A stretch of DNA of 41,756 bases. It comes from Patescibacteria group bacterium. Lineage in GTDB: Bacteria > Patescibacteriota > Patescibacteriia > Patescibacteriales > JAQTRU01. Both the position numbers and the translations under genes were made by a program. How positions within the stretch are numbered: the first letter of the stretch is position 1; each line of letters starts with the position of its first letter. This document shows, in pieces, positions 25,491 through 33,080 of the stretch. Location of the stretch: positions 1 through 41,756 of the forward strand of contig JBAZOD010000001.1 in the NCBI GenBank assembly GCA_041648955.1, given 5' to 3'. A model generated the notes under the pieces. The model worked only from the letters and a program-made list of their open reading frames with translations, was not told the DNA's origin and did no database searches.

Positions 25491-27509
25491 TTAAAATTTA
25501 ATCTCAAACCCCTTATCCGTATTTAAATCGGTCTTCCATTTGATTTCGTTCTCCCCTATTTTCTCTGCATAAAATCCGGTTGGGCTATATAATCTTATCT
25601 TATTTTGAAGCTTTAAGTCAACCACTAATTCCTGGGTATCTCTGCCCGGTTGTTTTTGGATATATAATCCATATTTTCCCTTCTCTACTAACTCAACTAA
25701 ATTCGCAGGTAGTTTATATTCAAAATAAAGACTCCCTATTTTCCCCGGCTCGACTGAGATAAAGGCGCCAAAAAAAGTTTTACCAAATTCTTTACCCGTC
25801 TCCACTTCTCCTTCCGATATTCCTTCGGCTCGAAGAAATCGGCTTCCTTCCGGGACATAAATTCTCGTATAGGTTCTATATCTCGTCGTCCGCCAATCAA
25901 ATTTTCCATTGTGAGCGTAATTAATTTTTACTTTAGCAATCAGTCCGCCCACTGTCTGCTCAACTTGATAACTGATATTTTTATTCATCACTGCATCAGT
26001 TTTTAAAGCCGCGAGATTGGCATCTACTATCATTAAATAATCACTGTTCGTTTCTTTTATCTCCCCGGTCCATCCCCATTCTTTAGCTAAATTTTGCAGC
26101 CGATCATCTTGGAAAAATAATAAAATATCCTTTTTTAAAATATCTTCGGAAAAAATATTTATAACCTCCCGCCAATGCCAAAAAGACAAATCAAGTAATT
26201 TAATTTTTAATTCTTTTGCTATTTCCCCAATAACTTCTTTTCTTTGCCAGGAAGGAATCCCTAACTGAATATAGTCTGCTTCAACCTTATATTGTAATAA
26301 TTCCTGAAAATTATCCTTATTATATTCTTCTCCATTGATAAAAATCGGCCCAGTTATTTCTAATAAATCAATTATGAGCTTGGGAGTGATAGCTATAAAA
26401 CCGTCAAATTCTCCAGAAAAATTATTGATTTGATTTTGCGGAGGCAACAGAGAATTTTCTTTTTTATAAAACCAGGCTATCTTCTCTGCTGTCGTCGGCC
26501 AATCAGGAAACCAGTTTGCATCTCGCATAAACCATTTATCCACGCCTAAATATTTTTTTATCGGTTCTGGCGGAATAACGCTTATTTTATCTTTAACCGG
26601 CATATCTAAATGATAAATATCGTGCGTATCAAATCTGATTATATCACCATTCTTTATTTCTAATATGCCATATGTCCCTAAAAAACCGCCAGTCGGCCTT
26701 AGTTCATCATTATTTTGCAAAAGAACCAAAAAATCTTTTTTGTCAGGATATCCGGCCAGAGAAGGCAACATTTCTACAAAAGGAATTGTTTTGGAAACCA
26801 AGGCCTTCCCCTCTCCCAGCTGATCTTTTATTTTATTGATTTTATTTTTTGAAAACCAAAGCAACCCGCGAAAACGAATTTTTTCTAAATTAGAAAAAGC
26901 TAAATCCAAATTAGCCTTCAGGCCGTTCAGTTCCGGACCGTTTTCATAAATTAATTTTAATATTTTACTTTTTTGCTTTGTGCTCAGGTTGGAAAAACTC
27001 AACCCCAATTCGCCGGAAAGGAAACTTTTCAAATCTTCGCCGATAACCGCTCCCTGCGCCACCGATCGGCTTAAAATTTCTCCGGTTTTAACCAGATATC
27101 CGCAATCATCAAATTGAGATTCTAAAGCTGGCAAGAGAGAGGGGAAAAAACTGCCCTTGGCAATTTCTAAATTGCCGGCTGACAAAGAAAAATTGCTTTC
27201 GGCTTTTTTGGAAAATTCTTCAGCTTTAGAAAAATTTTTTTCTTTTACCAGCCTTATGGCTTCGGTTAAATTATCCCTGCCGGCAGAAGCGTCTTTATAA
27301 GCCCGGAAACAACTGACAAACAAATTCCCTGAAAAAATAATCAAAACAAAAATTGCAATAAATAAAAAGGCAAAAAAATACTTTAAAAAATATAAAAATT
27401 TTTGACAAAAACGATGTCTTTTTACAGCCGGAATAAAATCAAAAATATCCTCAGTTTTATTCTCAAGATTTTTTAAATTTATATCGTTTAATTTTAAGAA
27501 TTTAAACAT
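25491..27509 (-). CDS. DUF4012-like membrane-anchored extracytoplasmic protein
   Basis: 672 aa with one N-terminal TM. The ELRPTGGFLGTYGILEIKNG motif and overall size match my recollection of DUF4012. The assignment has not been verified by a search. Confidence 0.65.
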   Translation of the reverse strand: MFKFLKLNDINLKNLENKTEDIFDFIPAVKRHRFCQKFLYFLKYFFAFLFIAIFVLIIFSGNLFVSCFRAYKDASAGRDNLTEAIRLVKEKNFSKAEEFSKKAESNFSLSAGNLEIAKGSFFPSLLPALESQFDDCGYLVKTGEILSRSVAQGAVIGEDLKSFLSGELGLSFSNLSTKQKSKILKLIYENGPELNGLKANLDLAFSNLEKIRFRGLLWFSKNKINKIKDQLGEGKALVSKTIPFVEMLPSLAGYPDKKDFLVLLQNNDELRPTGGFLGTYGILEIKNGDIIRFDTHDIYHLDMPVKDKISVIPPEPIKKYLGVDKWFMRDANWFPDWPTTAEKIAWFYKKENSLLPPQNQINNFSGEFDGFIAITPKLIIDLLEITGPIFINGEEYNKDNFQELLQYKVEADYIQLGIPSWQRKEVIGEIAKELKIKLLDLSFWHWREVINIFSEDILKKDILLFFQDDRLQNLAKEWGWTGEIKETNSDYLMIVDANLAALKTDAVMNKNISYQVEQTVGGLIAKVKINYAHNGKFDWRTTRYRTYTRIYVPEGSRFLRAEGISEGEVETGKEFGKTFFGAFISVEPGKIGSLYFEYKLPANLVELVEKGKYGLYIQKQPGRDTQELVVDLKLQNKIRLYSPTGFYAEKIGENEIKWKTDLNTDKGFEIKF

Positions 27510-27545
27510 AGAAATATAGATAAATTATACCAATCTGAACCTCGT

Positions 27546-27574
27546 TTGACAAGGAAGCTGTGCTTTAGTAAAAT
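27546..27574 (+). promoter_or_regulatory. near-consensus sigma70 promoter
   Basis: TTGACA at 27546-27551, a 17-nt spacer, then TAAAAT at 27569-27574. Confidence 0.6.
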
Positions 27575-27618
27575 GCAAGAAATAAGCCAGTTTTAAAATC
27601 CACAAATTGGAGGGAAAT

Positions 27619-27909
27619 ATGAACAGAAAGGATTTGGTAAACCACTACACGGAAGCTACACTTGCCTCCCTTGAACCCGGGAGAACCATCCATGTTCTTT
27701 CCGAAGCCCCTGGAACAACCGGCGAAAAAGACATTGTCCAGTTGACAGAGATTCTGGTGATTGCCAACCCGGCTGTTTCAGACGGGAAAGTCAGATATCG
27801 CCGCTGTCAGAACGGAACTCCGGGTAAGGAAATCTTCGAAATTGATGTAGATATTTTCATGGGGAAAATACCGAACCCAGAAGGCAAACTTTTCCGCATA
27901 CCGAAATAA
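27619..27909 (+). CDS. hypothetical 96-aa cytoplasmic protein, no recognised family
   Basis: ATG 27619 is preferred because the GGAGGG SD at 27609-27614 would lie inside the track's TTG-27607 ORF. It has no signal peptide. Line 27621-27680 is 50% GC. Confidence 0.6.
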   Translation: MNRKDLVNHYTEATLASLEPGRTIHVLSEAPGTTGEKDIVQLTEILVIANPAVSDGKVRYRRCQNGTPGKEIFEIDVDIFMGKIPNPEGKLFRIPK

Positions 27910-27918
27910 AAAAACAAA

Positions 27919-27949
27919 AGACAAATTTTCCAACGATTTGTCTTTTTTT
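27919..27949 (+). terminator. Rho-independent terminator
   Basis: AGACAAAT tttccaacg ATTTGTCT is a perfect 8-bp stem, followed by T7. Confidence 0.7.
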
Positions 27950-27956
27950 GTGATAA

Positions 27957-27985
27957 TTGACAAAATTAAAAAATAATGTTAATTT
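27957..27985 (+). promoter_or_regulatory. sigma70-like promoter
   Basis: TTGACA at 27957-27962, a 17-nt spacer, then TAATTT at 27980-27985. Confidence 0.55.
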
Positions 27986-28002
27986 TTTGATAATAAAGAA
28001 AA

Positions 28003-28581
28003 ATGCCCTTTATCACAAACCCAAACCGCGGAGAATTTATTATGAACTTTCGAAGATCAGATGGAGTGTCCACACTCGCAAATTCCGGAGAGAAAACAAA
28101 ATTCACAGACATAAAACCCCTTATAACATCGCAAATCGCGCAATGTTTCCGGGCTGGTTTGTTTCAGAATCCGGGAACTCCAACGGACAAACAAACATAC
28201 ACCGATTCCTTGTGGAATCTCATTAATAAAAATTCTTTACCGGAATTCATCCCGAAAGTATCAGCAGATCATCTGCCCTTCGCCCTGGTTCTGCCTCGGA
28301 CATTTCTCGGATGTAAACTTCAGATGGAAAGAATTGAAACGACCACAAACGGTCGGGTGCAATTTAATGAGTTCGGCCAGACAATAGTCGTAAAAATCGA
28401 TGAGAGAGAAATAATTTTTTCGAAAGTCGATTTTTCCGACTGGTATCGAGCAATTGGCTCTAACCAATCTTGCTGGCCATATCTCATCTTCGGTCCAGCA
28501 AGTCTGGAAAATCTGGAAGAAAACTTCAGCCAATATTCAGCAGAAGAAATATTGGCGATTATTTTTCATTCCGTCGCCTAA
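28003..28581 (+). CDS. hypothetical ~180-192-aa cytoplasmic protein, no recognised family
   Basis: The ORF opens at ATG 28003 without an SD. An in-frame ATG at 28042 has GGAG 8 nt upstream and may be the true start. Line 28261-28320 is 52% GC. It has no signal peptide or TM. Confidence 0.6.
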   Translation: MPFITNPNRGEFIMNFRRSDGVSTLANSGEKTKFTDIKPLITSQIAQCFRAGLFQNPGTPTDKQTYTDSLWNLINKNSLPEFIPKVSADHLPFALVLPRTFLGCKLQMERIETTTNGRVQFNEFGQTIVVKIDEREIIFSKVDFSDWYRAIGSNQSCWPYLIFGPASLENLEENFSQYSAEEILAIIFHSVA

Positions 28582-28585
28582 AAGC

Positions 28586-28670
28586 GCTGGAAGCGGAGAG
28601 GGTCCCGTCGCCGCAACCTCTAGGAGGCCTAAAAACCCTTTAGTCCTGACCAAAAGCCAGGGCTTCCAGC
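28586..28670 (+). other. GC-rich 3' region closed by a 9-bp long-range helix (candidate structured RNA)
   Basis: GCTGGAAGC at 28586-28594 is the exact reverse complement of GCTTCCAGC at 28662-28670. Internal helices are possible, namely AGAGG 28597-28601 with CCTCT 28617-28621, and CCTG/CAGG at ~28645-28661. No credible ORF is present. Confidence 0.3.
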
Positions 28671-28673
28671 CAA

Positions 28674-28710
28674 ACGGGCTCGTGTTTACACATCCGAGCC
28701 CGTTTTTTTA
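28674..28710 (+). terminator. Rho-independent terminator
   Basis: ACGGGCTCG (28674-28682) pairs with CGAGCCCGT (28695-28703) as a perfect 9-bp stem, followed by T8. Confidence 0.75.
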
Positions 28711-28734
28711 TTTTAAAAATATCTTTTATAAGTT

Positions 28735-30024
28735 TTATTCTTTATGAAGAGCCTCTATCGGCTGCATCTGAGCAGCTCGGCGCGCCGGGTATAAACCAAA
28801 TACTATTCCAAAAAATAATGAAAACCCCAAGGAAACAACAAAGGCTTTAAGAGGAATACTAAAACTCCAAGCAAACCCGTAGGAATTTGCCCCCCAAGAA
28901 ATTAAAAAAGAAACAACTCCCCCTAAAATTATTCCAACAACTCCGCCAGCAATAGTTATAAAAATTGATTCTGATAAAAATTGCCACATAATATCGGAAT
29001 ATTTCGCTCCAACTGCTTTGCGCAAACCAATTTCTCCTGTTCGTTCGCTTACTATTACATACATAATATTCATAATTCCCACTCCCCCGACGATTAAAGA
29101 AATAGCAACAATTGCCAAGAGCAAAAGAGTAATAGCGCCAGTAACTGTTTCCATAATATCCATTGATTCTACCATGGAGGTAACTCTAAAATCATCTTTC
29201 CCCCAACTGGCTAAATTTAAGATCTGTTCATCTGGCGAGGATATGTCATGATTTTCTCTTAAAATATAGCGAATTTCTTCAACAGTTTCATCAAGACGTT
29301 TTGTATCTTTAACCTGATGCATTAAAAAAGTGACATTTTCTACTCCCATTATCCTCTTTTGCATAGTTCGAACAGGCATATACACAAAATTATCAAAATC
29401 AAGGGTCATTACCGCTCCTCTTTCTTTCAAAACTCCAATGACACGAAATTTTTTTGCGCGCATTTGTATGAAGCGGCCGATCGAATCGGAATTTCCAAAA
29501 AGTTTTTCTTTCATTTTGGACCCCAAGACTACCACCGATGCCAAGGATTTATCTTCCTCTTCCGAAAAAAATCTGCCAGTTTCAATTTCGCTTTTATCCA
29601 TATCAATAAAGCTGGCGGACGCTCCGAACAAAAAACCCTTTTTTGACTCGCTGCCGTAGCTTATCTTCTCTTGTCCCATAATACCAGCATAACTCCGCCT
29701 TATATTGGACAATTTATTTATTTCCTCCATATCCTCTAAATTCAGAGTCGTTATTTGCACACCTGTCGCTAAATTAGTGCCGGATTGAGCCTCGCCAGCC
29801 ATACCTTTTTTCCCAGTCGGAACTTTTATTTCCGTTTCCACCATATCAGAACCGCCAAAAGATTCTATTTCTCCCATAATTAAACTGTTTATGCCTTCGC
29901 CGGCGGAAAAAACAATAATAACGCTGGCAATACCTATAACCATGCCCAAAATAGTCAGGCTAGTTCTGACTTTATTAGCGCACATCGCTTTCCAGGCAAT
30001 TTTTATAGCTGAAAAAATTCCCAT
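28735..30024 (-). CDS. MacB-type ABC transporter permease (FtsX domain plus periplasmic core domain), paralog 2
   Basis: ATG 30024 (MGIFSAIKIAWKAMCANKVRTSLTILGMVIGIASV) is preferred over TTG 30054. The protein has a ~230-aa extracytoplasmic domain between TM1 and TM2 and a C-terminal FtsX 3-TM bundle ending PIEALHKE. Confidence 0.85.
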   Translation of the reverse strand: MGIFSAIKIAWKAMCANKVRTSLTILGMVIGIASVIIVFSAGEGINSLIMGEIESFGGSDMVETEIKVPTGKKGMAGEAQSGTNLATGVQITTLNLEDMEEINKLSNIRRSYAGIMGQEKISYGSESKKGFLFGASASFIDMDKSEIETGRFFSEEEDKSLASVVVLGSKMKEKLFGNSDSIGRFIQMRAKKFRVIGVLKERGAVMTLDFDNFVYMPVRTMQKRIMGVENVTFLMHQVKDTKRLDETVEEIRYILRENHDISSPDEQILNLASWGKDDFRVTSMVESMDIMETVTGAITLLLLAIVAISLIVGGVGIMNIMYVIVSERTGEIGLRKAVGAKYSDIMWQFLSESIFITIAGGVVGIILGGVVSFLISWGANSYGFAWSFSIPLKAFVVSLGFSLFFGIVFGLYPARRAAQMQPIEALHKE

Positions 30025-30081
30025 ATTATTTAAATTTGTTATTTTAAATCTCAAAGCCTTAAGATAAAGGACGAAACATTG

Positions 30082-31335
30082 CTACTCATACTGTAAAGCT
30101 ACAATCGGATCAAGATTGGAAGCTTTGCTGGCGGGATATATTCCAAAAACTAATCCAACTAAAGAGGAAACACCTGTCGCTAAAATTATGGAAATGGCAG
30201 AAACAGAGAATTCCCAATCATATCCTAATAAATTAGCGATTACAGAAATCAAAAGAGACAAAATCGTCCCACCAATAATTCCTATTATGCCGCCAATCAA
30301 GGTAAGAGTAATAGCTTCAACTAAAAATTGGCTCATAATATTAAAGCTGCTGGCACCAACTGCTTTGCGCAAACCAATTTCTCTAGTACGTTCCGTTACG
30401 CTTACCAACATAATGTTCATAATACCAATACCGCCGACAATCAGAGAGAGTGCAGCCATAGCCGCTAAAAAATAGCGTAAAGCGTTGGTGATCGTTTTTA
30501 TCATATCCAGGGCTTGCGCTGCGCTACGCACAGTAAAATCATCATCAGCCCCGCTCTGATCAGAAATATCATGTCTATCCCGCAGAGTAACTTTTATTTC
30601 TTCCATAGCTTCTTCCGTATTATCTTCATAATCAACTTTAGCTCTAAGCAAATTAATATGATTTACTCCAAGCATTAGTTTCTGCATGGTCCTGACTGGT
30701 AAAAATATCTTATCATCATAATCTTGAAAAGCGACCGTCCCTCTTTCTTTCATAATGCCGATTACTTCAAAAGTGTGTTTTTTAATTTTAATCCTTTGTC
30801 CAACGGCGTCAGACGATCCAAAGAGTTCGTTTTTTACTGTACTTCCCAAAACTACGACTTTAGCTAGATTTTTTTCTTCTTCTTCATTAAAAAAACGCCC
30901 ACTTTCCACTTCTCCTCCTTCCACCTTTATCATATCTACTGTACAGCCACTTAAATTAGTGTCATAGCTTTGAGAGCCCCAGCTGGCTGTTCCTACGCCA
31001 TTAGAATACGCAACCACGCCGATAAGATGAGGAGCGTTTTTCTTATCACGTAAAGCCATAGCATCTTCATAAGTAAGTGTTGTAATTACAATACCCATGG
31101 CCGAAGCTGGCGGACCCTCGTCATCTGTCTCCCCTGGCAAAACGCCAACTAGATTTGTGCCGAAGGTTTTAATTTGAGATAATATTAAACTTTGTGCTCC
31201 TGCCCCGACTGACATTATAATAATAACCGCCCCCACGCCGATAATAATACCAAGCATAGTCAAAAAACTTCTAACTTTATTAGCTAGAAGAGAAATAACA
31301 GAATTAATAAATGATTGTCTAATTAAATAAAACAT
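30082..31335 (-). CDS. MacB-type ABC transporter permease, paralog 1
   Basis: 417 aa. The N-terminus is NKVRSFLTMLGIIIGVGAVIIIMSVG and the C-terminus ends DPIVALQYE. The architecture matches 28735..30024. Confidence 0.87.
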   Translation of the reverse strand: MFYLIRQSFINSVISLLANKVRSFLTMLGIIIGVGAVIIIMSVGAGAQSLILSQIKTFGTNLVGVLPGETDDEGPPASAMGIVITTLTYEDAMALRDKKNAPHLIGVVAYSNGVGTASWGSQSYDTNLSGCTVDMIKVEGGEVESGRFFNEEEEKNLAKVVVLGSTVKNELFGSSDAVGQRIKIKKHTFEVIGIMKERGTVAFQDYDDKIFLPVRTMQKLMLGVNHINLLRAKVDYEDNTEEAMEEIKVTLRDRHDISDQSGADDDFTVRSAAQALDMIKTITNALRYFLAAMAALSLIVGGIGIMNIMLVSVTERTREIGLRKAVGASSFNIMSQFLVEAITLTLIGGIIGIIGGTILSLLISVIANLLGYDWEFSVSAISIILATGVSSLVGLVFGIYPASKASNLDPIVALQYE

Positions 31336-31365
31336 AAGCTACTAATAATTTATGATCCTGAATTT

Positions 31366-31381
31366 CTTAACAATTTTTAAT
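31366..31381 (-). promoter_or_regulatory. 16-nt near-palindromic motif (copy B), ~31 nt upstream of the permease start
   Basis: The 16-mer is identical to 24375-24390. It is preceded on the coding strand by TTGAAT and sits in a 141-nt AT-rich spacer. Confidence 0.4.
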
Positions 31382-31476
31382 GATTCAATTCTTTAATTTT
31401 CAAATCTAATAATATAAATAATTAGAAATTAAAAAATTAAAAATTGTTTGAAAATTAAAAATTAGAAATTGAAAAT

Positions 31477-32202
31477 TTATTTCAAAATTTCTCCTTCCCT
31501 CGCTATTCTCTTATTTTCCACCCTATAATCGCCGACAATTAAACCATCTTTTACTTTTATAATTCTATCGGCATGTTCGGCCGTATAGGTTTCGTGCGTA
31601 ACCAAAATTATAGTGTTACCGGCGTCATTTAATTTTTGCAAAATTTCCATAACCTGAACGCCTGATTTCGAATCAAGATTGCCGGTTGGTTCATCGGCAA
31701 AAACCACAGAAGGATTATTGACTAGGGCGCGCGCGATGGCTACTCTTTGTTTTTCCCCGCCGGAAATTTGATTGGTAAAATAATTCAATCTATGCCCCAG
31801 GCCGACTTTTTCCAAAACTTCTTTTGCTCTTTTATCTTCATTTCCTTTATTTCCTGAATAAGCCAAAGGCAATTTTACATTGTCCAAAACAGTTGTGCGA
31901 GGAAGAAGATTAAAGGCTTGAAAAACAAAACCTATTTTTTTATTTCTTAAACTGGCCAGCTGATCATCGCTTAGATCATTTACATTTTCACCGTCCAATT
32001 CATAAATACCGCTAGTAGAACGATCTAGAAGACCAAGGATGTGCATTAGGGTTGATTTTCCGGAACCAGAGGGGCCCATGATAGCTACAAATTCTCCTTT
32101 AGTAATATTAAAAGAAAGGCCGTGCAAAACTTTAGTCACGACTTCTTCTGTATAATATTCTTTTTTTAAATTTTCCACTCTTATTAAAGTATCTTTTGAC
32201 AT
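31477..32202 (-). CDS. ABC transporter ATP-binding protein (MacB/LolD-type NBD)
   Basis: 241 aa with Walker [10 protein letters not shown], signature [15 protein letters not shown], Walker [13 protein letters not shown] and H-loop LVTHE. Confidence 0.92.
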   Translation of the reverse strand: MSKDTLIRVENLKKEYYTEEVVTKVLHGLSFNITKGEFVAIMGPSGSGKSTLMHILGLLDRSTSGIYELDGENVNDLSDDQLASLRNKKIGFVFQAFNLLPRTTVLDNVKLPLAYSGNKGNEDKRAKEVLEKVGLGHRLNYFTNQISGGEKQRVAIARALVNNPSVVFADEPTGNLDSKSGVQVMEILQKLNDAGNTIILVTHETYTAEHADRIIKVKDGLIVGDYRVENKRIAREGEILK

Positions 32203-32224
32203 CTTTTAATTTTTATGTTAATAT
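32196..32224 (+). promoter_or_regulatory. near-consensus sigma70 promoter with extended -10
   Basis: TTGACA at 32196-32201 overlaps the divergent ATPase start codon. A 17-nt spacer containing TG at 32216-17 follows, then TAATAT at 32219-32224. Confidence 0.55.
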
Positions 32225-32273
32225 ATTTTGTTGAACTTTTAAAAACAAGCAGATAACTTCATAGGAGGAAGCC

Positions 32274-33035
32274 ATGAAAAAAATGATTTTTTCCGCAATA
32301 ATGTTTTTTCTCCTGCTTCAATTCGAAACAGCCTGGAGTATGGGACTTAAACTTCCCGAATTTGAAAAGGAAGAAAAAATCACTTTCACGAATAAAAGCA
32401 TACTTGCCATCCCCGATTTTTCTGCGCCGAAATCTTTTCCCAATTTAACCGAGAATAAACTTCATTCCGGTTATCAATTCAACGGTTATCAAGCGGCAGC
32501 CGCGACCAGCGAAACCTGGGAAAAAATAAAAGGAACTTGGGACGGACCGGTGACTAACGTCATCTTGAAAGTAACCGGGAAAAGCAATAATAATGTTTTT
32601 ATTTGGGCTGGAGTCCACTCTTTCTTTGATGCCTGGACCGACGCTACCGCTCATTCCCGGGGAGAAACTCATTTTTTCCACGGAGATAACAATTGGCATA
32701 TTGTAAAAAATTGCCGTGATTTCTCCGCTATCATGACGACTTTGAACTTCAGCCGCCGGATATTCATAGAAAAAATTCCGGTTAAAGAAGCAACTCAGGA
32801 TCTCATCTGTGTGGGTTTGATCAGGATTGTAATATTCAACACTTCCATGAAAATTATAAAAGGCGGCCCTGAAGTCTACAACGATCCTTATTATAATCAG
32901 CGCGCTATCACTTATTGGTGGTTTGGAGATGGAGGGCTGACAGATAAATATATCGCCACCGGCAGAATAACAACCCCCCTTCTTGATGGTTTGGCGATAG
33001 GAGGATTTATCTTTAAGAAAACATGGAAATTTTAA
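32274..33035 (+). CDS. hypothetical secreted protein, no recognised family
   Basis: GGAGG at 32264-32268 lies 5 nt before the ATG. The signal peptide is MKKMIFSAIMFFLLLQFETAWS/M. The 253-aa protein contains a His/aromatic-rich segment, HSFFDAWTDATAHSRGETHFFHGDNNWH. GC is patchy: 53% on line 32461-32520 and 35% on line 32281-32340. Confidence 0.65.
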   Translation: MKKMIFSAIMFFLLLQFETAWSMGLKLPEFEKEEKITFTNKSILAIPDFSAPKSFPNLTENKLHSGYQFNGYQAAAATSETWEKIKGTWDGPVTNVILKVTGKSNNNVFIWAGVHSFFDAWTDATAHSRGETHFFHGDNNWHIVKNCRDFSAIMTTLNFSRRIFIEKIPVKEATQDLICVGLIRIVIFNTSMKIIKGGPEVYNDPYYNQRAITYWWFGDGGLTDKYIATGRITTPLLDGLAIGGFIFKKTWKF

Positions 33036-33050
33036 CCATGGAACGCTGAA

Positions 33051-33080
33051 AAGGCGGTTTGATTATGAACCGCCTTTTTT
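33051..33080. terminator. bidirectional intrinsic terminator
   Basis: AAGGCGGTT tgattatg AACCGCCTT is a perfect 9-bp stem followed by TTTT. It lies between convergent genes, and the stop codon of the - strand gene (33079-33081) abuts it. Confidence 0.75.

Noticed and set aside
28454-28747. 97-aa + ORF spanning the GC-rich tail and the terminator.
   Set aside because: It starts inside the upstream gene in another frame, has no SD, and runs through an intrinsic terminator hairpin. The open frame is better explained as a GC artefact.
31400-31476. Repetitive ATTAGAAATT/GAAAATT tracts (also at 24390-24440) considered as a CRISPR array or minisatellite.
   Set aside because: The units are about 10-12 nt, degenerate and purely A/T. 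There is no repeat-spacer periodicity of 25-40 nt. They fit AT-rich promoter or curved DNA.
755-33080. GC-rich hairpins after the orphan genes considered as integron attC sites or MITE ends.
   Set aside because: The stems are short (7-10 bp), are immediately followed by T-runs, and lack the extended imperfect inverted-repeat structure of attC. No integrase, transposase or flanking target duplications were seen. They are called intrinsic terminators.
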